From assembly GCA_004563595.2 (NCBI GenBank), contig CP042461.1, positions 30,001-62,000 of the forward strand: a stretch of 32,000 nucleotides of DNA, read 5' to 3'. The DNA is from Candidatus Saccharimonadota bacterium. Lineage in GTDB: Bacteria; Patescibacteriota; Gracilibacteria; BD1-5; UBA6164. This document shows positions 1-9,287 of the stretch, in pieces (the stretch's first letter is position 1; the number at the start of each line of letters is the position of its first letter). Made by a program: the position numbers and the translations under genes. Under the pieces are notes generated by a model. The model saw nothing but the letters and a program-made list of their open reading frames with translations, ran no database searches and was not told the DNA's origin.

Positions 1-290
1 AGAAATTAAGAGTAATTGCTGAAATTATTAGAGGGCAAGATGCTGAAAGTGCTTTAAAATTTTTAAAGTTTGCTCCTAAGAAATGAGCAGATATCTTATA
101 CAAGATATTATTCTCAGCTGTAAAAAATGCTGAAAATAATGATAATCAAAAATTGACAGATTTATCTATTGAAACATTATTAATTCAAAAATGAATAGTG
201 TACAAAAGATGAAATCCTGTTTCTAGATGAAGATCACATAGAATCTTAAAAAGAACGTCTAATATAAAATTAGAATTACAAGTTAAATAG
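1..290 (+). CDS. rplV: 50S ribosomal protein L22, C-terminal part (5' end outside window)
   Basis: Frame starting at nt 3 with TGA=Gly gives KLRVIAEIIRGQDAESALKFLKFAPKKGADILYKILFSAVKNAENN...GRSHRILKRTSNIKLELQVK*, co-linear with bacterial L22. Stop TAG at 288-290. Sits in the expected position upstream of rpsC. Confidence 0.9.
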
Positions 291-374
291 AAAAACAAAT
301 AGTATTTGAGAGTTTGTTAGCCCATTCTATTTAGAATAGATAATAGACCGTATTAATTATTAACATATTAAAAT

Positions 375-1007
375 ATGTGACATAAAGTAAGTCCAATATC
401 ATTTAGAATACCATATATTAAAACATGGAAATCTGCTTGGTATGCTGGAAAAAAATGATATAAAGGTATTCTAAGTCTTGATTTAAAAGCAAGAGCAATT
501 TTAGAAAAAGAATTAACGGGAATTCCTCTTGGAGATGTTCTTGTTGCTAAGAATCAAGATAGTATAGATGTTGTTGTTTATACTGCAAAATCAGTACTTA
601 TTCTCGGTAAAACTTGAGAAAATAAACAAAAGATTGAAACATTACTTACAAGAAAGCTTGGATTAAAAGTTACTCTAGAAGTAAGAGATGTTAAAAATCC
701 TGATTTAAATGCAAAAATCGTATGATTTTTAGTTGCAAATCAAATTGAAAAAAGAATGCCATATAAAAGAGCCATTAAACAAGCTATAGCTAAAACTATG
801 GAAAAATGAGCTAAATGAATTAAGATTAAAGTAGGTTGAAGATTAAATGGTGCTGAAATAGCAAGAAAAGAAACATTTAAAGATGGGAATATTCCTACTC
901 AAACTATTAGAGCTGATATTGATTATGCTACTATTAGAGCTGAAACTGTATATGGTACACTTGGATTAAAAGTATGGATATATAAATGAGATATTTATAA
1001 AAAATAA
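375..1007 (+). CDS. rpsC: 30S ribosomal protein S3
   Basis: ATG 375; [33 protein letters not shown]... with several in-frame TGA read as Gly. Stop TAA at 1005-1007. Synteny L22-S3-L16. Confidence 0.95.
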
Positions 1008-1079
1008 AAGCTTTTAGGGTGTCTTCAAGAAAAAAAACTTGACATAATAAAATTTTTTATATACTAACATGTGCTAAAA

Positions 1080-1484
1080 ATGTTACAACCAAAGAAAACG
1101 AAATATAGAAAAACTCATAGATGAAGATTGAAATGACTAGCTGTGAAAGGTTCTACAATTGCTTTTTGAGATTATGCAATGAAAGCAACGACTAGAGGTT
1201 ACATAACTTCAAGACAGATTGAATCTGCAAGAAGAGCTATGATAAGATGTCTCAAAAGATGAGGAAAAATATGGATCAGAATTTTTCCAGATAAAGCTTA
1301 TACTCAAAAACCTCTAGAGGTTCCAATGGGTTGAGGTAAATGATCTGTGGAAATGTATAGAGCTCCTGTAAAACCTGGTAGAATTATGTTTGAGATAACA
1401 TGAGTTGAACCAGAAGTTGCAAGGGAAGCTTTTAGACTAGCTTCTTACAAGTTGCCAGTTAAAACTAAGGTATTAGTTGACTAA
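1080..1484 (+). CDS. rplP: 50S ribosomal protein L16
   Basis: [91 protein letters not shown]... is residue-for-residue co-linear with E. coli L16. The TGA codons fall on conserved Gly positions (HKGRNRG, MGKGKG). Stop TAA at 1482-1484. Confidence 0.95.
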
Positions 1485-1494
1485 TCATTTTAAA

Positions 1495-1704
1495 ATGAAA
1501 GCGTTAAAAGATTTAAAATTACAAGAATTTTCTAAATTACAAGGATTAAGTGAAAAAGATTTAAATACAGAAAAAATTGTTTCTGCAAAAAAGCTTTTTA
1601 CTTTAACTATGAAATTAAGAGTGGGAGAATTAAAACAAACTCACCTAATTAAATTCTTAAGAAGATATATAGCGAAATTGAATACAATCACCGCTACTAA
1701 ATAA
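1495..1704 (+). CDS. rpmC: 50S ribosomal protein L29
   Basis: MKALKDLKLQEFSKLQGLSEKDLNTEKIVSAKKLFTLTMKLRVGELKQTHLIKFLRRYIAKLNT... matches the L29 pattern and its position. ATG 1495 preferred over the track's alternative start at 1477. Confidence 0.85.
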   Translation: MKALKDLKLQEFSKLQGLSEKDLNTEKIVSAKKLFTLTMKLRVGELKQTHLIKFLRRYIAKLNTITATK

Positions 1705-1742
1705 TTGAAGAATATGTTAATTATCTTTAAATAAATATATTT

Positions 1743-1970
1743 ATGAGAACAAAAAAAGGTATTGTTACTAGCTCGAAAATGGATAAAACAATTGTTGTTT
1801 CTGTTGAATCATACAAAAGTCATGCAAAATATAAAAAAAGATTTAGAGTTACTTCTAAGTTTTATGCACATGATGAAAAAAACTCTTGTTCAGAATGAGA
1901 TATTGTAACAATCAAAGAAACAAGACCATTATCTAAATTAAAGAGATGGGACTTATTAGAAGAAAAATAG
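1743..1970 (+). CDS. rpsQ: 30S ribosomal protein S17
   Basis: [75 protein letters not shown], a typical S17 with one TGA=Gly. Stop TAG at 1968-1970. Confidence 0.9.
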
Positions 1971-1995
1971 TTAGTTTAACTTTTAAGTAGTATTT

Positions 1996-2364
1996 ATGAT
2001 ACAAACTGAATCAAGATTGGCAGTTGCTGATAACTCTTGAGCAAAAGAAGTACTATGTATAAAAGTACTATGAGGATCAAAAAGAAAATATGCTTCTATT
2101 TGAGATATCATAGTATGTACTGTTAAAAAAGCAGCTCCAGATGGAACTGTAAAAAAGAAAAAAGTAGTAAAGGCAGTTGTTGTTAGAACTAGAAAAGAAG
2201 TAAGAAGAAAAGATGGTTCTTACGTAAGATTTGATGACAATGCATGTGTTATTATTGATGATAATAATAATCCAAGATGAACTCGTATATTTGGACCTGT
2301 TGCAAGAGAATTAAGAGCAAGAGGGTATCAAAAAATAGTGAGTTTAGCTCCAGAAGTACTTTAG
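1996..2364 (+). CDS. rplN: 50S ribosomal protein L14
   Basis: [46 protein letters not shown]...[26 protein letters not shown]. The universal ADNSGAK motif uses TGA (2038-2040) for its Gly. Confidence 0.95.
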
Positions 2365-2410
2365 TCATATATAAAGACTATTAAAGTCGTTATTTTTAAT
2401 AAAGAATATC

Positions 2411-2761
2411 ATGAAAATAAGAACTTGAGATACAGTTGAAGTTTTGTCTGGAAAAGAAAAAGATAGATGAGTAAGATCAGAAGTCTTAAAAGTATTTAAA
2501 GACGAAAATAAAATTCTTGTAAAAGATATAAATGTTGTTACAAGACATATGAAGAAACAATGAACTACTCCAGGTCAAATCATTAAAATGGAAAAATCAA
2601 TTCATGCATCAAATGTAAAAATTGTTTGTCCATTTACAGATAAACCTACAAGAGTATGATTTATTACAATCGAAGAAAAATGAAAAACGAAAAAATTTAG
2701 ATTTTCAAAAGCTGCTCTCAAAGAGAAAGGTGGTGAAGCATCTAAATATATAATTAAATAG
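2411..2761 (+). CDS. rplX: 50S ribosomal protein L24
   Basis: MKIRTGDTVEVLSGKEKDRGVRSEVLKVFKDENKILVKDINVVTRHMKKQ... has a KOW-type N-terminus and the expected position after L14. Stop TAG at 2759-2761. Confidence 0.9.
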
Positions 2762-2833
2762 AATTCCGAGTCATCCCAAAATGCAGGGAGTAATGAGTGG
2801 AGTTCAAACGTTTATTTTTATTAAACTGAAATA

Positions 2834-3370
2834 ATGCTAAAGGAAAAATATATAAAAAAAATCATTCCTGCTTTAAAAACAAAGTTAGAAATTGAAAATA
2901 TTATGGATGTTCCAAAAGTAGAGAAAGTTGTTCTTAATATGTGAATTTGAACATATGTAAGATCATGAAACAAAGACTTTTCTTCTTTACAAGAACATTT
3001 ATCTCTTATTGCAGGTCAAGCTTGTACGGTAAGATATGCTAAAAAGGCTATTTCAAACTTTAAATTAAGAGCTTGAATGCCAGTATGACTCAGTGTTACA
3101 CTAAGATGAGAAAAAATGTATGATTTTTTAGAAAAACTTATCCATGTTGTATTACCAAGAGTAAGAGATTTTAGATGAGTAAGTAAGAAAGGTTTTGATA
3201 CTCAATGAAACTATAATTTTTGAGTAAAAGAACATTCTATATTTTTGGAAGTTCCACAAGATGATGTAATTAAAACACATTGATTACAAATTACAGTGAA
3301 AACAACTGCAAAGAACAAAGAAGCTTGAAAGGAATTATTAGTAAATATGTGATTTCCTTTTGCTAAATAA
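2834..3370 (+). CDS. rplE: 50S ribosomal protein L5
   Basis: MLKEKYIKKIIPALKTKLEIENIMDVPKVEKVVLNMGIGTYVRSGNKD...[50 protein letters not shown]..., a typical L5. Stop TAA at 3368-3370. Confidence 0.95.
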
Positions 3371-3425
3371 AACCATAAGGGTTGTCCTTTAGAAAAAAAA
3401 GTTTACTTATATAAATATAAATGAG

Positions 3426-3650
3426 ATGGCTAGAAAGTCAAAAATTGCTAAGGCAAATAGATTAAAAAAGAATTTTTTACAAGCACTTGCAGATGGTAGA
3501 AAGCCTAAGTTTGCTACAAAGGTTTTTAATAACTGTTGTATCTGTGGGAGAACAAGAGGATACTTAGGTAAATTCGATATTTGTAGAATATGTTTTAGAG
3601 AAAAAGCGAATGCTTGAGAATTACCAGGGGTTAGAAAATCTAGTTGGTAG
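3426..3650 (+). CDS. rpsN: 30S ribosomal protein S14, zinc-binding (type Z-like)
   Basis: The track ORF 3426-3617 continues through TGA 3615-3617 to ...[22 protein letters not shown], the canonical S14 C-terminus. Carries a CxxC...CxxC zinc motif (CCICG...CRIC). Stop TAG at 3648-3650. Confidence 0.9.
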
Positions 3651-3693
3651 TATAAAATTGTTCAAAATAAATTTAATTATTAATTTTGTGGTT

Positions 3694-4086
3694 ATGATAA
3701 TAGATCCTATTGGAGATTTATTAACAAGAATTAGAAATGCATATCTAGCAAGAATTATTGAAGTAAAACTTCCTTATTCTAAATTAAAAGCTGATATCCT
3801 TAAAATTCTTAAAAAGAATAAATATCTCAATGATTTTGAGGTGGTAAGTGAAGAAGATAAAAAATATTTACTTGTTACCTTAAACGATGTTAGAACAACT
3901 AAATATGTTCCTACATTAAAAAGAATTAGTAAACCTGGTCAAAGAATATATATTTGATCTAAGGATATTAAAAAATCTAGAAATGGAGTTTGAATTTATA
4001 TTGTTTCAACACCAAAAGGAGTTGTAACTGGATATGAAGCAAGAACTTTAAACGTAGGTGGAGAACTTTTATGTGAAGTATTCTAA
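3694..4086 (+). CDS. rpsH: 30S ribosomal protein S8
   Basis: [51 protein letters not shown]...[51 protein letters not shown], read through TGA codons. Stop TAA at 4084-4086. Confidence 0.9.
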
Positions 4087-4161
4087 AACCTAAAAAGAGT
4101 TATGAATGAGAAATTATATGAAAAGTATAATTGATCCAGTTTATATATTAAGTAAAAAAAT

Positions 4162-4701
4162 ATGTCAAGAATTTGAAAATTACCTATTGCTCTATCTGAT
4201 AAAATTTCAGCAACTATTGCAAAAAATGTAATTACAATTAAAGGACCGTTATGAGAATTATCTTTTTCTTATGCTGATTGTGTACAAGTAGCACAAGAAG
4301 AGAATAACCTTATAGTAACTCCAGTGAATGATACTGCAAAAGCTTTATGGGGTACTACAAGATCAATTATCAACAATATGGTATTTTGAGTTTCAGAAGG
4401 ATATAAAAAAAGTCTAGAAATAGTCTGAGTATGATATAAATTTGAAGTTCAATGAAATAAACTTGTATTAAGTATTGGTTTTTCACATAAAGTTGATATG
4501 GTTGTTCCTGCTGGAATAAAAGTAGAACTAGATGATAAAGTAAAAAATACACTTCACATTTCAGGAGTTGATAAACAACTTGTTTGAGAATATGCTTCTA
4601 AAATTAGATCGAAGAAAAAACCTGAACCTTATAAAGGAAAGTGAATCAAATATGTATGAGAACATATTAGAAGAAAAGCTTGAAAAACAGGTGCTAAGTA
4701 A
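4162..4701 (+). CDS. rplF: 50S ribosomal protein L6
   Basis: MSRIGKLPIALSDKISATIAKNVITIKGPLGELSFSYADCVQV...GFSHKVDMVVPAGIKVELDDK...[25 protein letters not shown], a typical L6. This gene is missing from the standard-code track because of frequent TGA. Confidence 0.9.
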
Positions 4702-4738
4702 TAAATAGCATATTGAATACAAATTTTTAACTTTTAAA

Positions 4739-5092
4739 ATGACAAGAATGTTAGCAAAAGCATTAAATAGATTAAGAAGAAAAAATAAAATCAGATCAAA
4801 GATCAATGGTACAGCTGTAAGACCTCGTCTAGCAGTATATAGAAGTAATTCAAATATTTACGCTCAACTTATTGATGATGTTACAGGAAAAACTTTATGT
4901 TCTTCTTCTGACTTAAAAATGAAAAAATCAGGAACAAAAACAGATATGGCAAAAAAAGTTGGTGAAGATATGGCAAAAAAAGTATCTGGACTGAAAATTG
5001 CATCAATCGTTTTTGATAGAGGTTGATTCGCATATCATGGAAGAGTAAAAGCTTTAGCTGATGCTCTCAGAGAGAATTGAGTTACAATTTAA
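4739..5092 (+). CDS. rplR: 50S ribosomal protein L18
   Basis: The track ORF 4739-5026 continues through TGA to ...[27 protein letters not shown], the characteristic L18 C-terminus (FDRGG..[9 protein letters not shown]). Confidence 0.9.
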
Positions 5093-5111
5093 TTACCTAA
5101 CACTAATAAAC

Positions 5112-5588
5112 ATGGCTTTTTCTAGAAACGATAATAGAAAATGACAATTTTCAAAACCAAAAAAAGAGTTTAAAGAAGAACTACTTGCTATTGATAGAGT
5201 AACAAGAGTTACAGCTTGAGGGAGACAACTAAGATTTAGAGCTGTTATGGTTATCTGAGATGGAAAGTGAAGAGTTGCTCTTTGAACTGGTAAATCTTGG
5301 GAAGTTGTTGATGCAATTGCTAAAGCTGTATCAAACGCAAAGAAAAATTTAACAAATGTTGCCATTAAGAATGGGACTGTTCCATATAATATTGAAGCAA
5401 AATATAAAGCTGCAAAAGTTATGGTTCATCCTGCTTCAGAATGAACATGAATCATCGCTGGTGGAGCAATGAGAAAAGTTTTAATGGTTGCTTGATATAA
5501 AGATATATTAGCAAAAAGATATGGTTCATCTAACCTTATCAATAATGCAAGAGCTACAATACAAGCACTATCTTCATTTAAAAAATAA
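5112..5588 (+). CDS. rpsE: 30S ribosomal protein S5
   Basis: [73 protein letters not shown].... The S5 motif GDG.G.vg.G.GK is encoded partly by TGA. Stop TAA at 5586-5588. Confidence 0.95.
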
Positions 5589-5633
5589 AAAACACTCCCT
5601 TTCGGGAATATATTAATTAACCAAGATGAGATT

Positions 5634-6089
5634 ATGATATCTTTAACTAATATCAAACCTACAAGCTGATCTAGAAAAAAATTCAAAAGATTAGGGAGAG
5701 GAAATGCTTCAGGTAAATGAACTTACTGTGGAAGAGGTTGTAATGGTCAAAATTCTAGATCAGGTGGATGAGTTCCATCATGGTTTGAATGAGGTCAAAC
5801 TCCTTTATTTAGAAGAATGCCAAAGCTAAAAGGTTTTACAAATGCATTATTTAAAAAAGAATACAATTTAGTAAACTTATCAGATTTAGCTATTTTAGCT
5901 GAAAAAGGTATTACAGAAATTACTAAAGAAGTATTACTTGCTAATAACGTCATTAGAAGAAAAACTTTAGATGTAAAGTTACTTGGTAAATGAGAATTAT
6001 CTTCTAAAGTTACCATTAGTGTAAACAAAGCTTCAACTACAGCGAAAGATGCAGTTGAAAAAGCTTGAGGAAAACTTGAAATAGTATAA
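5634..6089 (+). CDS. rplO: 50S ribosomal protein L15
   Basis: [69 protein letters not shown]..., a typical L15. It starts 45 nt after the rpsE stop, leaving no room for rpmD. Confidence 0.9.
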
Positions 6090-6166
6090 TCATATACCCT
6101 TGCTAAAAACTTGGGTTTTTTGATTTTTTGGGTATATTACCCATATTAATTAATAATTAATCTTTT

Positions 6167-7435
6167 ATGATACTTAAAAGTATAAAATCTGTCTTTGAAG
6201 TAAAAGATATCAGAAAAAAAATAATTGCTACACTTGTTTTAATACTTGTATATAAATTATTAGCTGTAATACCAGTTCCTGGAGTTGATACTACTTGACT
6301 TGCTGTCATTATGGAACAACAAAAAGGATTATCTTTTTTTAGTGCTTTAATGTGATGAGGGTTATCAAACTTCTCCATTATTCTTATGTGATTATCACCA
6401 TATATTAATGCAGTAATCATTATTCAACTAGTTGGGGTTATTATTCCAAAAATTTGAGACTTACAAAAAGAATGAGAAGCAGGACAAAGAAAAATAACTA
6501 AAATGACAAGATGGTTAACACTCCCACTTGCATTTGTACAAAGTTACTGAATGATTGTTCTTCTGAATACTTTAGCTGGAGGGTCAATTATTGATATATC
6601 TAATACAAGTACAGTACTTATGGCAATGACAATTATTACTGCTTGAACTCTATTCCTTATGTGGTTAGGTGAAGTAATGACTGAATATGGTATCTGAAAT
6701 GGTATCTCTGTAATTATCACTGCTTGAGTACTTTCATCTGTTCCTGGAGTAATTATGGGGCATATAAGTGCATGAAATTATCCACTCTTTGTTTGATTAT
6801 TACTTGCGACACTTCTTATTATTTACATAATTATTAAGTTTACTGAATGAAATAGAAGAATACCAATTATATATACAAGAACATGAAGAGAAGAAAAATC
6901 ATATTTTCCAATTAGAGTGAACCAAGCTTGAATGATTCCTATCATCTTTGCTGTTTCACTTGTTACATTTCCTTCAATCTTAGGGCAAATACTTTCTAGA
7001 TCTACTGGAGAGACTGCATCTCAAATTGGGAATACACTTTTGACATACTTTGATCTTGGGAATCCAACTTGGATTTTCATCATTGTATATTTCTTACTCG
7101 TACTTGGTTTTGCTTTCTTTTATGTATCTATTACATTTAATACTGATCAAGTTGCTGAGAATATTCAAAAAAGAGGCGGATATATTCCTGGTATTAGACC
7201 TTGAACTGAAACAGCTGAATATTTAGCAAAGGTTTCTGCTCATTTAAATCTCTTCTGAGGGAGTTTTCTAGCATTCATTGCTGTTCTACCATATATCATG
7301 TGAAAGATCATGTGACAATCAATAGATTTCATTATATCAGCAGCATGACTTATCATTATAGTTTCAGTTATACTTGATATTGTGAGAAAGGTTGATTCAG
7401 AAATGAAAATGTTTGATTATAGTAAATTTAAATAA
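6167..7435 (+). CDS. secY: Preprotein translocase subunit SecY
   Basis: MILKSIKSVFEVKDIRKKIIATLVLILVYKLLAVIPVPGVDTTGLAVIMEQQKGLSFFSALMGGGLSNFSIILMGLSPYINAVIIIQL.... The track fragment 6932-7204 is in the same frame. Stop TAA at 7433-7435; 422 aa. Confidence 0.95.
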
Positions 7436-7440
7436 AATAA

Positions 7441-7479
7441 AAATCCTTGATATTACATTGTAATATCAAGGATTTTTTT
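7441..7479 (+). terminator. Rho-independent terminator closing the ribosomal protein/secY operon
   Basis: Perfect 16-bp stem (7441-7456 pairs with 7460-7475), 3-nt loop ATT, followed by a T-run. Lies 6 nt after the secY stop. Confidence 0.85.
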
Positions 7480-7540
7480 ATGTTTTTAAACACGAATATA
7501 AGAATTCCCCAGTTAGAAAGAAAAGAGCCTAAATAAAATA

Positions 7541-7569
7541 TTGACAAATTACACATAATACATATTGTA
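7541..7569 (+). promoter_or_regulatory. Candidate sigma70-type promoter for the 7641 lipoprotein gene
   Basis: Exact TTGACA at 7541-7546, then a weak -10-like hexamer (TATTGT/ATTGTA) after a 16-17 nt spacer. Purine-rich Shine-Dalgarno AGGAAG at 7631-7636 just before ATG 7641. AT-rich background makes false positives likely. Confidence 0.3.
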
Positions 7570-7640
7570 TGTTTGCTAAATTTTTAGTAAATACAAAAAT
7601 CAAATGAAGTTGACTGTGGTAGAACCACAAAGGAAGCCTT

Positions 7641-8780
7641 ATGAATAAAATATCATTAATATTGTTAATGGGAGTAGTGAGTTTATTAGCTGCTTGTAAA
7701 GATACTGAAACAGAGTCCATAGTGATTAATGCTTCAGATATTTCTTTAACTGAAGTAAATGCTACGTGTTATCGTATGCTGGATTGTAATTTTTCTATTA
7801 TAATACCTACTCAGATACCTGCTTTTACACTGAATACTTCTCGTAACGCAACTATAACATTACGCCTTGATGGCGAAGAGGATATTGTATTAAATACTGA
7901 TAATGAAGATCAGGTTACTTTTGAATCTGATTTATCAGGATCAGGAATATTGTTTTTTCAAATTCCTAAATCTGGTGAATTTACATTTACGATTTCTGAT
8001 TATAAAGTTGGAGGTGTAAAACAAGAAGTACAAGAATATAAGGTTGCTGTTTCTGAACTTTATGTGTCTACGTTTGAATATAATGGATGGTTTGAACTTG
8101 AAAACCATAAGCTGATCGATGCAAATTATTTTTCTGTTGAGATGGAGCGTCCAGAATCTACTTTAGCAACGCATTATTATTTGAATAGAAAAGATGTGGA
8201 ATGCTTTGAGGGCTATTATAATAATATTTGGGTAAATCATTATTCTCCATGTTATAATATAGGTGGAGATAATAAAGTTATTGCTGAAATATTTTCGAGT
8301 GAACCTGTAGCTGACTCAGAATTGCTTCTTGTTGATTATGAGGTAGAAAGTGGCTATTTCCATTATGGAATTAGATTGAATTCTGAGATCCCATTTTACA
8401 CTCATCAGAGTGAATATACACTTATTCTTTCTGATATTGTGCTTCAGCCAAAGAAGTTGCTTCCAGTTGGAAATTTTGATATTCGTATATCTTATCATGG
8501 TTATGTTGATGATGAGTGGCAGGACATCATTATCCTTACTGAATCTATTTCTCGAGATATTGCTTCATTAGATGTTATTTCATTAACTGAGCAACTAGAA
8601 GTGGGAGATTCCTATAATAGTAGTACTACAGAAATTAGAGCTACTCATGTTGAATCTGGAAATATTTTTGAATTAGCATTTACTTCTTCGGATGTAACGG
8701 ATACTTATTATCATTTCACGTCACCTTTTGGTGAAGCTGAAAGAAATAAATTAGTATTCCATCGAGTTGAAAATTATTAA
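7641..8780 (+). CDS. Hypothetical lipoprotein, 379 aa, contains no TGA codon
   Basis: Intact ORF under both the standard code and code 25. N-terminus MNKISLILLMGVVSLLAAC has a lipobox L-A-A-C. All 18 Gly (my count) are GGN. 7 of 11 Arg codons are CGN, against almost exclusive AGA in neighbouring native genes. Has its own SD and terminator. No family recognised. Confidence 0.8.
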   Translation: MNKISLILLMGVVSLLAACKDTETESIVINASDISLTEVNATCYRMLDCNFSIIIPTQIPAFTLNTSRNATITLRLDGEEDIVLNTDNEDQVTFESDLSGSGILFFQIPKSGEFTFTISDYKVGGVKQEVQEYKVAVSELYVSTFEYNGWFELENHKLIDANYFSVEMERPESTLATHYYLNRKDVECFEGYYNNIWVNHYSPCYNIGGDNKVIAEIFSSEPVADSELLLVDYEVESGYFHYGIRLNSEIPFYTHQSEYTLILSDIVLQPKKLLPVGNFDIRISYHGYVDDEWQDIIILTESISRDIASLDVISLTEQLEVGDSYNSSTTEIRATHVESGNIFELAFTSSDVTDTYYHFTSPFGEAERNKLVFHRVENY

Positions 8781-8828
8781 GATTATTGCTATTCTCTAGA
8801 ATCGTGCAATAAGTCGTATATAAAACTA

Positions 8829-8857
8829 CCCAAGACCACTTATGGTCGGGGTTTTTT
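8829..8857 (+). terminator. Probable rho-independent terminator of the lipoprotein gene
   Basis: CCC-AA-GACC (8829-8837) pairs with GGTC-GGG (8844-8850), leaving an AA bulge. Loop ACTTAT, then T6 at 8852-8857. Confidence 0.55.
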
Positions 8858-8984
8858 ATTTATAACAATAGTACTCTATAAAAGGGAATACTTTTTTAAG
8901 ATGCGCATCAAGATTAGGTTTCTTTTTAAATCCCTTTAATTATTAGTACCCTTAGGGACTAGTCGTCCTTAAATAAATGAAAAA

Positions 8985-9287
8985 CTATGATTTAAGACAA
9001 TTTATTAAAACTTCTTTAACTTTAGACTTTATTCTAGCTGCTAAGTTTTCATGAAGAGAATACATATTAAGACCACTCAATTGCTCAAGAGCAAGTTGCC
9101 TTGTCTTACATAAATGATCAAGTATAGCCATTTTTTTTCTATCTTCTACTGATAATAACTCTTGATTATTCGGGAGTAGAGCTATATGATTACTACTTTT
9201 AAAATAACTCATAGAATTATTAATTTCTTCTGGGGAAAATTGTTCAGAAGTGGTTGTTTGTACTCATTTTCAAATTCAAAAAGACAT
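8985..9287 (-). CDS. Hypothetical protein (~100 aa)
   Basis: The track ORF 8985-9212(-) extends upstream through three TGA=Gly codons to ATG at 9287 (MSFGIGKGVQTTTSEQFSPEEINNSMSYFKSS...). Lies 25 nt downstream of def on the same strand. Start is uncertain (9212 is possible). No family recognised. Confidence 0.5.

Noticed and set aside
6090-6145. Possible mutually exclusive pairings in the rplO-secY spacer: ATATACCC (6092-6099) with GGGTATAT (6130-6137), versus a local GGGTA-TAT-TACCC hairpin (6130-6142). Similar small GC-rich hairpins occur in the rplX-rplE spacer (2762-2833), where an S8 operator might be expected.
   Set aside because: The stems are short (4-8 bp), the loops are very long or very tight, and I cannot evaluate conservation or folding energy by hand. 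Too speculative to call an attenuator or r-protein operator.
4370-6420. Several 60-90-aa minus-strand ORFs (4370-4552, 4561-4806, 5093-5365, 5426-5686, 5795-6028, 6157-6420) antisense to r-protein genes and secY.
   Set aside because: They are antisense shadows of strongly supported genes. The sequences are low-complexity Leu/Phe/Ile-rich, as expected from AT-rich antisense, and no independent signals support them.
1-7435. The fragmented ORF track could suggest a decayed, pseudogenised ribosomal protein operon full of premature stops.
   Set aside because: Every apparent premature stop is TGA, never TAA/TAG. They align with conserved glycines, and reading through restores full-length co-linear r-proteins and SecY.
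8860-8984. Non-coding stretch with small palindromes (for example CCCTTAGGG at ~8948-8960), checked as a possible tRNA/ncRNA or mobile-element end. Also a weak inverted match between AGAATTCCCC (~7499-7509) and GGGAATACTT (~8883-8892) flanking the lipoprotein cassette.
   Set aside because: No cloverleaf-compatible arms or conserved tRNA boxes are present. The flanking inverted match is only about 7 of 8 nt, which is not significant at this base composition.
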